From Bdellovibrionales bacterium (GTDB lineage: Bacteria > Bdellovibrionota > Bdellovibrionia > Bdellovibrionales > UBA1609), in assembly GCA_965261545.1 (NCBI GenBank), contig CBDHDF010000007.1, forward strand, positions 539,488 to 603,487: a DNA stretch of 64,000 nucleotides. Direction: 5' to 3'. The position numbers and the translations under genes are program-made. The notes below the pieces were generated by a model that did no database searches, was not told the DNA's origin, and worked only from the letters and a program-made list of their open reading frames with translations. Shown one piece after another: positions 43,916-54,301 of the stretch (within the stretch, counting starts at the first letter, position 1; the number at the start of each line of letters is the position of its first letter).

Positions 43916-43936
43916 ATCACTCATGTTGATACCCCC

Positions 43937-44852
43937 TTAGTAACGTAGCTTTTTAATTGATCCGGACTTAAGTTTTTTAAAGTCAGATATGGTTTTTTTC
44001 TTATCTGGAAAGAGATAAGCCTTTGTTTTCTCGTGTTTTTTGACAATGATCCTCCCTTGTTTAATATGGTGATAAATCCAATGAACTTTAACATCAATAA
44101 GTGCTGCAATTTGAGATGTTGTGAGGCTTCCCTCGACTTTGGTCGGAAAAGAGTGCTTTCGATTCCGATAGATTTTATTGTTTAGTCTATAGGACTTCAC
44201 AGTATTTCTGAGAAAAGTGGTATCCATTGGTGATCTGAATCCTTTTTGGGTCAATAGTTTGGCAATATCTTCATCAGACACCCCAAGCTTGACCTGCTGC
44301 GCAATTATTTTCTTTATCGTTTCAGAAGATGACAGTTCATCAAAAGATCCAACTTTGATTGGAATGCTAGCTTCTGTTGTATCTCCTCCAATCCAAACAA
44401 TTCTCAGTGCAACCATATCTCTTTTCTTTCTGTGAATGACAACCTTTTCAACCAATGTTCTAAGAATTTTCTTTTTCATGTCTTTGGTCAATATCTTATC
44501 CTCCCATAGCGAAGGTAGTTTTTGATTCAAATCTGAAAATTCTCTTTTCATTTTTTGAGAGATCACAGTTGGAATACGCTGTTCATTCTTAACCCTCTCT
44601 AGGTGATCTTCGGCTTTTTTAAGTATTACTAAAGCCTCTTCCCATTGTGTTTCTAATTCATCTGCAACAAGTCTATTCTCAGGGTCTACTTTGCGATACC
44701 TCTTTTCTACCAGTTGAGCTTCATACCTTAAACGCTGAATTTGCTGAATGTGTGATTTGTAAACCTCTTGGTCAATTTTTGACTTATTTTCTAAAGCCTT
44801 GGCATACAAGTCTAGCTCGACAGGGGAAAGAACCTTAAAAAAAGCGTTTACT
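43937..44852 (-). pseudogene. Large serine recombinase, C-terminal part
   Basis: RLRYEAQL.E.RY..VDPENRLVA.ELE..WE coiled-coil signature; N-terminus lost at the adjacent IS4. Confidence 0.8.
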
Positions 44853-44879
44853 CATAGGTGTTCGTGGTTTTTAATTCTT

Positions 44880-46124
44880 TCATAGCAAGACCTTTTTAGC
44901 CATATTCATTGATGTTTTTCGCCGTCGGTAGTTTGTGTCATAAATTTCATGGGAGAATATCTTGATCTTCTCTATCAAAATATTTAAATACTTTTGAGAT
45001 GAGCTTAGGAGATATTTGATAAAATCAGAGGCTAATAAGACGGTAACCTTAGCAACTCTTTGAAACGATGTGGAGTCATTTTGTTCCTTATTGAGTTTAG
45101 TTCTTCCTATCCTCAAAACAACACTTGATGTGAGGTGAGCCGCTAATGAAGCAAGAAGAAGACTCTCTATGATATTTTGATCGTTTGAGGTGATCTGATT
45201 TGCATTCAAAGAATTCTTACAAGATTTGAAAATAAGTTCACATTGCCAACGTAAACGATAAATTGGATATATGGACTCCGCTGCCACATCTAAATTCGTG
45301 CAATACCAATGATAGCGTTTTTCGGAGGAATTCCAGAAGCCTACAATTCTCAAACTTACCCATTTACCATTGGACAAGACACTGCCTATAAATTCAACAA
45401 CATCGTTTTTTTTCTTGAGTTTAATATCAGAGAATTCTTTTCCAACATAGTAATCTGGCAAACCTTCAACAACAGCATCAATAAGAATAGAGGCATTTGA
45501 CTTCACTCTAGACAAGAAAAATCCTTTAGCTTCATGAATAGATGACAATAAGCCATAGTCCCAATATCCCAAATCAAAGATGACTAATTTTCCAACGAGT
45601 TCCTTTATATCAGGAAAGCACTTCCTATCGTTAGTGGAAGACGGAGTTAATTCGAACCAAGTCATTATACCACTGAATAAACTGAAACAAGCGTGCCATT
45701 TAATTCCTGCGTTTGTTCTTGTCCCTGGAAAATTCTCAGATGCTCCATCCCAAAGGCTTATTGTGCTTGAGTCAACAAGAAGAACGTCTGAGACTCCCAG
45801 TTGTAATAATATGGCTTTGCTCCCATGAAAAGCTCCATGAGATAGCTTTATCATGAGCATTTCAACCAGTTTACTCAGAAGCTCTTTTAATCTTTTTCTA
45901 GAGAGTCTTTCCCAGAAGCTGTGTCTTTCAATTCTTAATCCTAAATGACTTATCATAAACCTCCTAATTCCCTCTATTGAATATGTCTTAGAGTCTCCCT
46001 GGAATGACAAGACAAGAGCCACAATAAACTCAAGAGGTGGAATGGTTGCCCGAGAGTCCTTTTCAGGAATAACTTTCTTGAAACATTTTTTGATCGTTTT
46101 AAGTGTTTGAGCTTCCGTGCTCAT
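44880..46124 (-). CDS. IS4-family transposase
   Basis: LVDSS, IFDLGY, YRLRWQCELIFK..K. Confidence 0.93.
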   Translation of the reverse strand: MSTEAQTLKTIKKCFKKVIPEKDSRATIPPLEFIVALVLSFQGDSKTYSIEGIRRFMISHLGLRIERHSFWERLSRKRLKELLSKLVEMLMIKLSHGAFHGSKAILLQLGVSDVLLVDSSTISLWDGASENFPGTRTNAGIKWHACFSLFSGIMTWFELTPSSTNDRKCFPDIKELVGKLVIFDLGYWDYGLLSSIHEAKGFFLSRVKSNASILIDAVVEGLPDYYVGKEFSDIKLKKKNDVVEFIGSVLSNGKWVSLRIVGFWNSSEKRYHWYCTNLDVAAESIYPIYRLRWQCELIFKSCKNSLNANQITSNDQNIIESLLLASLAAHLTSSVVLRIGRTKLNKEQNDSTSFQRVAKVTVLLASDFIKYLLSSSQKYLNILIEKIKIFSHEIYDTNYRRRKTSMNMAKKVLL

Positions 46125-46229
46125 ATTTGCCCCCTGCGTTTAAAAAATAAAAATTTCCTCCAATTAATCTTGACCTATTAAGATACTAACGCGAGAATCA
46201 TTAAGTCTGTAGATAACTCACTTGTATCT

Positions 46230-46694
46230 ATGCGGATTCATTGTATTCGACAGGAGCAAAAAATAGCAATGATTTTTGGACTTTTAATATTACTTTCTTT
46301 GGGATCCTTTATATCTCTTCTTATTTCCTTATTGGTATTTGGATTTGGTTATTTACTGGCACTCATCCTCCCATTAACTCAGATGCAAGCATCTTCTTTG
46401 TTTTTTGCTTCACTCACACTTTTGGTTCTTACATGTATTTTTATGATGCTCATATCTCAATTTAAAAATCGTTACTTTCACCAGAATCTAGGAGATATTC
46501 TTTTTGATAATTTGGATGAGGATTTGGAAGATGAAAAGCAAAAAAAAATTGTAACTGAAGATATGTCTGCATCACAGCAGAAAAATGACCAAAGCGAAAA
46601 AATTGGAAGAAATCAATCCTGTCCATGCGGAAGTGGAAAGAAATTTAAATTCTGTTGTTCCCAAAAGTCCACAGTTCTTTCGTTACACAATTAA
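46230..46694 (+). CDS. SEC-C (zinc-binding) motif membrane protein
   Basis: N-terminal TM helices; KIGRNQSCPCGSGKKFKFCC. Confidence 0.85.
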   Translation: MRIHCIRQEQKIAMIFGLLILLSLGSFISLLISLLVFGFGYLLALILPLTQMQASSLFFASLTLLVLTCIFMMLISQFKNRYFHQNLGDILFDNLDEDLEDEKQKKIVTEDMSASQQKNDQSEKIGRNQSCPCGSGKKFKFCCSQKSTVLSLHN

Positions 46695-47566
46695 GTCTCT
46701 TAAAACACATGGCTTGTCGTGGATATCAAATGTCAATCTGCGTCCATTTCTCAAAATACCATCTATAAATATTTATAAATCGCCCACTTCCCTCTATGTA
46801 AAAAAGGAGGCTTGAAAAGTATTTCCATTAATTCGGAATTAAAATTAGAAAAAAACCACGAACACCTATGAGGTCCACCGTTATTACCACTCAACTGCCA
46901 ATAACGCATTGGTCAGAAATTATTGATGATGAGGTGCTGGCAGATACTATCATCGACCGTTTGAAGCATACCGCCATAAAAATTTTACTTAAAGGAGAGA
47001 GTTATCGAAAAATCCAGGGAACAAAACTTGACCAGGACTTTTCCCTAAAATAGGAAGAAATAGGATTACAAATTAACTAAAATTTTCCCCAGAAATGGGA
47101 AGGAAAATCATCAATGACGCATTGAAATAGGGAAAGTGAGGGTAATGGGTGCAACCAGTGCGGGCAATACGTGCAATTGTACAGTTCTGGCAATGATTTT
47201 TTAGAAAGAGGTTACAATAGAGATGGCGATAACTTGGACCAAACCAACTTAGGAATTTTAAGTCAAGACATAAAAATAGATTCAAAGTCTAAGAGTGCGA
47301 GTCTTCCAATTAGTTACAGAGTATATCCTGGTAGCATCAATGATGTGACTACTTTGAATAATATTCTGTAACATTCATGGGGGCGCCTTGCTTCCCCACC
47401 CACGCCCATGAATCTTATCTAGGCCCCCACTTCTTTGCACGAAGCAACTCGGTGGACAGCTTCGCTGGTCTATATAATTGGCCTCTTTTAGTTACTCTGG
47501 ACTTTTGATGGTATTTTTGTCATGTATGATTCCGATACAATAAAGGATAAAGCAATAACATTATTG

Positions 47567-47760
47567 GAAGGTGATAAGATGAGTGGCCGTTGAATAGATT
47601 GGTAATTTTAATTCCGTGAAGTAACATGGTCTTGAGCTTTGGATCGAACCCACGCATGTACCTGCACTCTGAGTGTATGGACGTATAGTAAGTTGACCTA
47701 TTTTCGCTTTAGAATTTATGGCAAAATCCCAAGGCTCTAGTTTTATCACCTTCTTTTTTT
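47567..47760 (+). ncRNA. Candidate IS110 bridge RNA
   Basis: Closing stem GAAGGTGATAA (47567-47577) / TTATCACCTTC (47743-47753) followed by a T-run; two internal-loop hairpins with target-matching and donor-matching segments. Confidence 0.75.
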
Positions 47761-49059
47761 CTAACAGAAAGGAGGAGTCATGTGGATATTATTTATAGTT
47801 CTGTTTGTGGAATAGATGTTCATCAACATATGTTGATGTGTACGATTGTCAAAGTGGAAGACGGTAAGAAGAAGTTTTTCACAAAAGAGTTCAAGAATTT
47901 TCCAAAAAATTTTCCTAGAATGCGCTCTTGGATGAAGCCACATAAGGTTGAGAGAGTTCTTTTTGAGAGCACAGGGATTTATTGGAATTCTTTATACGAT
48001 GATTTGACAGAAAAAGGTTATGAAGTAGATGTTATCAATGCCTTTCATGTCAAAAATATTACTGGTAAAAAAACTGACGTGTTGGATAGCCAGTGGATTG
48101 CAGAGCTTGGTGCTTGTGGTCTTCTAAGAGCTAGCTTCATTCCTCCACGTGAGATTCGTTCTATTAGACTTTTGGCTCGTTATCGTACAAAAACGATCCG
48201 CCAAATATCTTCGGAACAAAATCGTATGTATAAGGTTCTTGAATATTCAGGCATTCGTTTAACCTATGCAATGTCTAAAGCTGACTGCGTATCTGGTATG
48301 GCCATGATTCGTGCCATAGCTAATGGAGAGAGATCAGTTTCTAAATTGATGTCTCTTGCCAGAGGGTCTTTACGTCAAAAGACCGAAGAATTTTCTTACG
48401 CCCTGTCGGGAAAGATGACGGAAGAAAATCGTTTTGTTCTTCAACGCATTCTTGATCGAATAGATTTTTTGAAAAAAGAATGCTCTCAAATTGAAGAAGA
48501 ACTTTTCATTCGTATGAAACCCTATGAAAGGCAGTGGCATCTACTCCAGACTATACCTGGAATTGACGAATTAAGTGCAGCGCTTTTGATTGCAGAAATA
48601 GGAGGCAATGTGAAGTCTTTTAAAAATAAAGGAAATTTTTGCTCCTGGATGGGGATTTGCCCATCCAATAATGAGAGCGCAGGAAAAAAAAGTCTTCACG
48701 AACGAGGAAAGCGAACACATATGTGAAATCGTTGGTATGTGAGATGGCCAATAGTGTTAGGCGCCAATTAAAATTGGCCATTTTTAGAAGCCGTCGCCAA
48801 TGAAAAACGGCCAGTTGATGATGTACTGATTTAGTTATTCTTCGTTCAGAGTTTAGTCAAGTGTCTTTATTTTGCTCATCATTTAACTCGGACTATGCCA
48901 CAAGATTCTGAGGAATGATTTTCTACCCACCACTTTTGGCATGACCCCAAATGCATCCTTCAGCCCTATGGCAGAGGTAAATGGAGTATTTTTCAGGATT
49001 CCTTGGCGCAGCTAATGTCTAAATCTCCGCGAGAGTGACGAGCAAATAGTACGGTAAAA

Positions 49060-49156
49060 GCCAGTTATCCATAAATTTATCCATGGCGACACTGCGGCTG
49101 TGACCCCGATGTCTAGCAACGCAGTGCTGCTGTGGATAAATTTATGGATAACTGGC
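49060..49156. repeat. Large palindrome with 24-bp perfect arms and DnaA-box-like 9-mers
   Basis: GCCAGTTATCCATAAATTTATCCA ... TGGATAAATTTATGGATAACTGGC downstream of istB. Confidence 0.85.
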
Positions 49157-49183
49157 GAGTTCCTTCCCCAAAAGTGGGGATCT

Positions 49184-49966
49184 CTAATGAACTTCTTTGG
49201 TTGAACTTTCCTCTTTGCTCTGTTTAGACTTGGCTTTTGCGGATTCGGTTCTCCAACTTTCTTTTCCTTCAATGTTGAGGGTTTCACAGTTGTGAATAAT
49301 TCGATCAACAGCAGCAGCGGTGGTAATAGGGTTAAGAAACACCTTATCCCATTCAGAGTAAGTTAAGTTTGTAGTGATCATGAGACTTTTCCTTTCATAT
49401 CGCTGAGATATGAATTGAAAGAAAAGATCAGCACCCTCTGTGCAGGAAGCTGTATAGCCAAGTTCATCACAAGCAATAAGATCAAAACGGTCTAATTTCT
49501 TAAAAAGAGCATTCAATGAGAGTTCTTTCTTGCTTTCACGCATTGTTTCAATAAGTTCATGAGTGGTGACCCATAAACATCGATAGCCTTGTTCACAGAG
49601 TGAACGAACTAGGGACATGGCCAAATGACTTTTCCCCATTCCAAAGCTTCCGTAAAACACAACATTACAGGCTTTTCTGACCCACTCTCCCTCTGCCATC
49701 CGATTAATTTTCTGAGCTGTCACTCCCGTTCTTTTCTGGAAGTTATAAGTTTGGAGTGATTTAAGTTGAGGAAGCTTGGCCCCCTTAAGCAATCTTTTCA
49801 CTCTCTGGGAATGCTTGTCAGCAAGCTCATTTTGAACGAGTATACCTAAATACTGTTCATACGTCTTTTTTGTTTTTTCGGCAACTCTAGCCGTTGCAAC
49901 ATATTCATCCGCCATCGCTGGAAGTCGGAGTTTTTTAAGAGAACCTATAAGTTCTTCGTGATTCAT
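49184..49966 (-). CDS. istB: IS21 helper ATPase
   Basis: GSFGMGKSH, DELGY, RYERKS..ITTNL, DRIIH. Confidence 0.95.
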   Translation of the reverse strand: MNHEELIGSLKKLRLPAMADEYVATARVAEKTKKTYEQYLGILVQNELADKHSQRVKRLLKGAKLPQLKSLQTYNFQKRTGVTAQKINRMAEGEWVRKACNVVFYGSFGMGKSHLAMSLVRSLCEQGYRCLWVTTHELIETMRESKKELSLNALFKKLDRFDLIACDELGYTASCTEGADLFFQFISQRYERKSLMITTNLTYSEWDKVFLNPITTAAAVDRIIHNCETLNIEGKESWRTESAKAKSKQSKEESSTKEVH

Positions 49967-51570
49967 TAAGAACCTCCTATGTTTGGAACAAGACTGTCAT
50001 ATTGAGACAATCTAGGTTGAAGTGGTTTTTGTTGGTCATTCAAATTAATTTTGGTGGGATTGCCTAAGAGCAAATCTTTTATGGATTTAAAGTCGAAAAT
50101 CTCACGACTTTCTAATTGAAGCTCCATGGCTGTAGATAAGTCCTGCCAACTCACATGCTGAATCAAGTTGATAACTCTTAAATATTCATGCTCGGCACGG
50201 CTTGAATCTTGTTGCTTGAGGTATTGATAAAAATTTTCAAACACATTTGTTGGAAAAAGAATGGATCGGTGAGCCCATCTTACCATGGCTTGCGGCTTAC
50301 GAACTAAAGAAGGAAGGATATGTTCAAGAAGAAGACTATGCTCCCCATCAGGTTTTCTTTGATGGCGAGCGACAATTTCTTGCTTCCCTCCTGCACGATA
50401 GATCGTGACATGATAGGGACCCTGTACGGTTTTACAGGGAGATTGGATCACCTCATCAGGTATGGAATATGTGGTTTTACCTATTCTCAAAGTCCCATAA
50501 CCATTACTTTGACAAATATTCACCTTACAGAGAATATCTTCATCTCGTGGAGGCAAAGGCTTAAGAACTTTGGCCTCCTCCTCAAAGCGAGATTTGGTGG
50601 AGTCACTCTGATGCTGATCCATATAAGACTCTAAAAACTGATTCAAATGATCCCAGTCTTTAAAAACAATTCCTTTGTTTCTAACAATATTTTTTATCCG
50701 AGAACTGAAGGTTCGAATATCACGCTCCACATCTCCCTTGTCAGAGCCCTTCCCTGCGCGGCAGGGAAGAACCTTAAATCCATAGTATTGGATGGCTCGA
50801 TCAAAAGATTGGGTGTAAATTCGCTGATTTCCTTTAAGAACTTTCTTCACACAGGGAGATAAATTATCAATACGGATGTTCGCACTCATCCCACCTATCT
50901 TTTCAAAAAAAGCATGCACCCCATCGATGAAACACTCATAGACAAGAAAGGGGTAGGCACGAACCCAACAGGTGCCACTACAAGGCAATGTTCCAAAATG
51001 GAGATGAACGATCTGAACACCATCGGCAAATGGTAAAGCAACCTTCTCCTTAAAATCAAACTGAGCCTGTTCTCCAGGATCATATCTTTGGCTGAAAAAA
51101 CGCTCCTTGGGGCGAGAACCAAGAATCTCACAAACTCTTCTCTGAACCGTTCTCTCACTCCCACGATAACCCTCCTCAACTAATAGCTCATATATTTCAC
51201 GGGCGGTGTTACTTGGGTTCAACTTCAAAAAGTACTTCACCCGATCCATATATCCATTAAGGGGATCTGGGCGAGTTCTTTTGGACCTCGCCTTGTACTT
51301 CGGTGGGGTGTTGGACTCACAGTACTTGCGCACCGTCTTACGATTGATCCCTAATTCACGAGATATTTCTGTCTTATTTTTACCACTGTGACTCAGGTCA
51401 CGAATGCGGCCGAAAGTGTATTGACTAATCATAAGATCCTCCTCATTGCTAACCTTTTGAGTTGCAAAAGGGAGGGACTCTGTGAGCTTAGTATCTATAT
51501 CAGAAGAAGAGACTTCATTGTCTAGTATTTGAACACTCCCTGAAGATTGGTCACTTTTCATTGGCGACAA
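49966..51570 (-). CDS. istA: IS21 transposase (true start probably MISQY near 51432)
   Basis: EISRELGINRKTVRKY HTH, PGEQAQFDF, IDN, KGDVER. Confidence 0.95.
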   Translation of the reverse strand: MSPMKSDQSSGSVQILDNEVSSSDIDTKLTESLPFATQKVSNEEDLMISQYTFGRIRDLSHSGKNKTEISRELGINRKTVRKYCESNTPPKYKARSKRTRPDPLNGYMDRVKYFLKLNPSNTAREIYELLVEEGYRGSERTVQRRVCEILGSRPKERFFSQRYDPGEQAQFDFKEKVALPFADGVQIVHLHFGTLPCSGTCWVRAYPFLVYECFIDGVHAFFEKIGGMSANIRIDNLSPCVKKVLKGNQRIYTQSFDRAIQYYGFKVLPCRAGKGSDKGDVERDIRTFSSRIKNIVRNKGIVFKDWDHLNQFLESYMDQHQSDSTKSRFEEEAKVLKPLPPRDEDILCKVNICQSNGYGTLRIGKTTYSIPDEVIQSPCKTVQGPYHVTIYRAGGKQEIVARHQRKPDGEHSLLLEHILPSLVRKPQAMVRWAHRSILFPTNVFENFYQYLKQQDSSRAEHEYLRVINLIQHVSWQDLSTAMELQLESREIFDFKSIKDLLLGNPTKINLNDQQKPLQPRLSQYDSLVPNIGGS

Positions 51571-52412
51571 CCTCCATATTGAAAGTGGGACATTTTAATT
51601 GGCGACGGCTTTAAGGGAAGCCTGTCTTCAGAAAGAAATTCCATGAAAATTGAGGCAAATGTTGGAATCTTGTGGAATTTAAATACTTTAGAAAATGGGC
51701 ACAGCCTAAACAGGCTTTTCTTGACTATATATTTAACCTCATTGAAATCCAGAAACAGTCTACAAATGACAAATATGGAACCTGAATAGGCTGTCATGGA
51801 AGGACTCTCCAACACGGAGCCCCTTTCCAGGTCGACAAGAACCCAAAAGGAGTTCTTATCAGCTCGGAGCCTTTTTATGAGTAATATCAATTGATTATAT
51901 GCGTCTCGGTTGACAATGCCAAAAATCACCATAGGTCCTCCTCTGAAAAGTGGCCACTTTTCATTGGCGACGGTGGGGCATTTTAATTGTCAGCTAACAA
52001 ATAGTGCTATTAAGACGAATTCACAATTCAAAGGCAAATACCAATCACTTGTTATAAGGCGTGGGCACAAGAGATCAGTGATTGCCGTTGGTCACAAAAT
52101 GATGGGAGTTGTTTATTCAGTCATAAGTAATGACACCCCCTACAAAGACCCTGGAATTGACTATGAAAAGCTCATGGTGAAAAAAAATGCACCAAGGTGG
52201 ATTAGAGCGTTAAAAAAGTATGATTTCATGTAATGTAGGATGATTTAAAAACTCGGACATTTGAAAAAATTCGAAGAACGGATAGTGGATTCGTGCGTCC
52301 AAACTACCCCGGAGATTCATAGTAACTATTCAGGGGGTGGGCGAATTCGAGTCATAAATGAGGGAAGTTTTCCTTGAAATAGCATATTTAGAGCATCTTT
52401 AGGTTCTATGCC

Positions 52413-54301
52413 GGGACTGTAAAAATAATTGTGTAACTGCAATTTTTTTCTTAAATCTTAAAGCCACTTATGTGGCTCCACTCCTGGTAAAAAGCACAGT
52501 CCCATATTATTCGTCAATGTATAATTGACATTTTTTCCTTCAAGCGATTTTGTCAGTCACAATGCATTATAAGTTAATGGGGAGGTGGACATCTTCGCTG
52601 GTCTATATAATTGGCCTCTTTAGTTACTCTGGACTTTTGATTGTATTATGGAGCCGTAATGGGATCATATCAGAACTGGAAAGAACTCAAATAAATAATT
52701 ATCATCTTGGTTGAAAAAAAATCAGCAATGGCTCTCTCAAAAAAATGGAAATTCCAATCTCATCAAAGGGTTCATGTGTTTAGGTTCCCATACTATATTA
52801 CCCCCTTTTTTTTATTTTTTTTAACTTAGGATATTCGAGAAATACCAGAATTGGGATGAAATATGAAAAAAAATGGGAACCCAAATCTGCACCAAGAGGG
52901 CATGTATTTAGGTTCCCATACTATATTACCCTAACCATAGTCTCGGTATTCCAGTACTTCTGTCAACGCCTTAGAGGGGCTTTTAAGCCCCCTTATAAGG
53001 CAGGTGGTGGACCTTATTAAAAAACTTAGTTGTCAAAACGGTCACCGTATTCAATGGCAAACCTGTTCATGGCTGGCTTCCAGTTGTGTAATGGTCGTGT
53101 CCATCGCTTAGAGGCCATTTTTATCGCTAAATATACAACTTTTAAAGCCGACCGATCACTGGGAAATATCTTACGATTTCTGATCGCCTTGCGGATCACG
53201 CTATTTAACGACTCTATGGCGTTTGTGGTATAAAAAATCTTTCTGATTTCATCCGGATAATCGAAAATAGTGATGAGATTGTCCCAATTCCTACGCCAAG
53301 ACTTTTCAATATTCGGATACTTTGAAGACCACTTGGTACAAAATTCCTCAAGGGCCTTTTCAGCTTCTGTCAGAGTCGTAGAGCCATAAATGGACTTGAG
53401 GTCTTGGGCGACAGCTTTCATATCCTTGGAAGGAACATAGCGAAGGGAATTGCGGACCATATGGACAATGCACAGTTGTACTTTAGACTTGGGAAAAGCC
53501 GCTGAAATGGCTTGAGGAAAACCTGTAAGACCATCTACAGAAAATATAAATACGTCTTTCAACCCTCGATTTTGCAGCTCAGTCAAAACACTCAACCAAA
53601 ACTTTGAACCCTCATTTTCAGAAATCCATAGGCCCAACAAGTCTTTCTGACCCTCCTCTGTAATACCAAGAGCTAGGTAAATCGCCTTATTAATAACTCT
53701 CTTGTCTTGATGGACCTTCACCACGATACAGTCCAAAAATACGATAGGGTAAGTGCTATCCAAGGGGCGGTTCTGCCAAGCCGTAACTTCATCAATAACA
53801 GCATCCGTCACGTTGGCTATCACTGAGTGGGATATCTCTGCACCATGGTAGAGGTCTTTGATAGCTCCTTGAATATCCCTGGTCGTCATTCCCCTCGCAT
53901 AGAGGGTCAGAATACTGTCTTCAAAGCCCTCAAGACGAGTCTTGCCTTTGGGAATGACTTGGGGCTCAAAGGAGGCACTTCGGTCACGGGGGACCTGAAG
54001 CTCCACCTCGCCTTTCTCTCCCTTTATGGTCTTTCTACTGTAACCATTGCGAGTGTTGGATTTGCGGGTCTCAGACTTCTCATGCCTCTCATAACCTAGG
54101 TGATCGTCCATTTCCGCATTAAGAGCTGTCTCTAAAACAACCTTCATCAGTTGACTCGTTATGTCGGATAAATCCTTTTGGGTCTTGACGTTCTTCGCTA
54201 GTTCCTTGCCTATTGTCTTGATATCCATTTTGCCTTCTCCTTTCAGGATGATAGTTCATCCTAATATGATTCGGCAGTTACACAAAATAGTTTACAGGCT
54301 C
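52413..54301 (-). mobile_element. IS256-family element, copy 2, inside the IS66 transposase 3' end
   Basis: Near-identical to 594-2482; 8-bp TSD TCTATGCC. Confidence 0.95.
53026..54228 (-). CDS. IS256-family transposase
   Basis: Two amino-acid differences from 1207-2409. Confidence 0.97.
   Translation of the reverse strand: MDIKTIGKELAKNVKTQKDLSDITSQLMKVVLETALNAEMDDHLGYERHEKSETRKSNTRNGYSRKTIKGEKGEVELQVPRDRSASFEPQVIPKGKTRLEGFEDSILTLYARGMTTRDIQGAIKDLYHGAEISHSVIANVTDAVIDEVTAWQNRPLDSTYPIVFLDCIVVKVHQDKRVINKAIYLALGITEEGQKDLLGLWISENEGSKFWLSVLTELQNRGLKDVFIFSVDGLTGFPQAISAAFPKSKVQLCIVHMVRNSLRYVPSKDMKAVAQDLKSIYGSTTLTEAEKALEEFCTKWSSKYPNIEKSWRRNWDNLITIFDYPDEIRKIFYTTNAIESLNSVIRKAIRNRKIFPSDRSALKVVYLAIKMASKRWTRPLHNWKPAMNRFAIEYGDRFDN

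Larger units (their letters stand above)
44853..46870 (-). mobile_element. IS4-family (ISH8-like, CAT ends) element with passenger gene
   Basis: 20-bp TIR CATAGGTGTTCGTGGTTTTT / AAAAACCACGAACACCTATG; no TSD seen. Confidence 0.88.
34186..47183 (+). mobile_element. IS21-type B element, mostly replaced by nested insertions
   Basis: Ends TGTAAAATTG / CAATTGTACA; 7-bp TSD GTTCTGG (34179-34185, 47184-47190); istB tail 46871-47053 matches the 63.4-kb copy. Confidence 0.85.
48755..51999 (-). mobile_element. IS21-type A, full length (3245 bp)
   Basis: TG...CA ends, multiple subterminal repeats (..TTTTCATTGGCGAC / ..TTTTAATTG..), 5-bp TSD AATAG. Confidence 0.95.
47782..52233 (+). pseudogene. IS110 DEDD recombinase interrupted by IS21 (47782-48754 + 52005-52233)
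   Basis: GIDVH, FESTG, KTDVLD, TIPGI, NNESAG; needs a -1 shift at A8 (48684-48691); rejoins as ...CEMANSAIKTNSQF. Confidence 0.92.
47373..52326 (+). mobile_element. IS110-family element inserted in the IS66 terminal repeat
   Basis: GTAAC at both junctions; removing the element restores TSD + GTAACTATTCAGGGGGTG; ~410-bp 5' non-coding end. Confidence 0.85.

Noticed and set aside
47369..47420. TAAC...CTTA hairpin as an integron attC site
   Set aside because: The right arm lacks GTT, no integrase or cassette ORF is present, and it is better explained as the IS110 left end.
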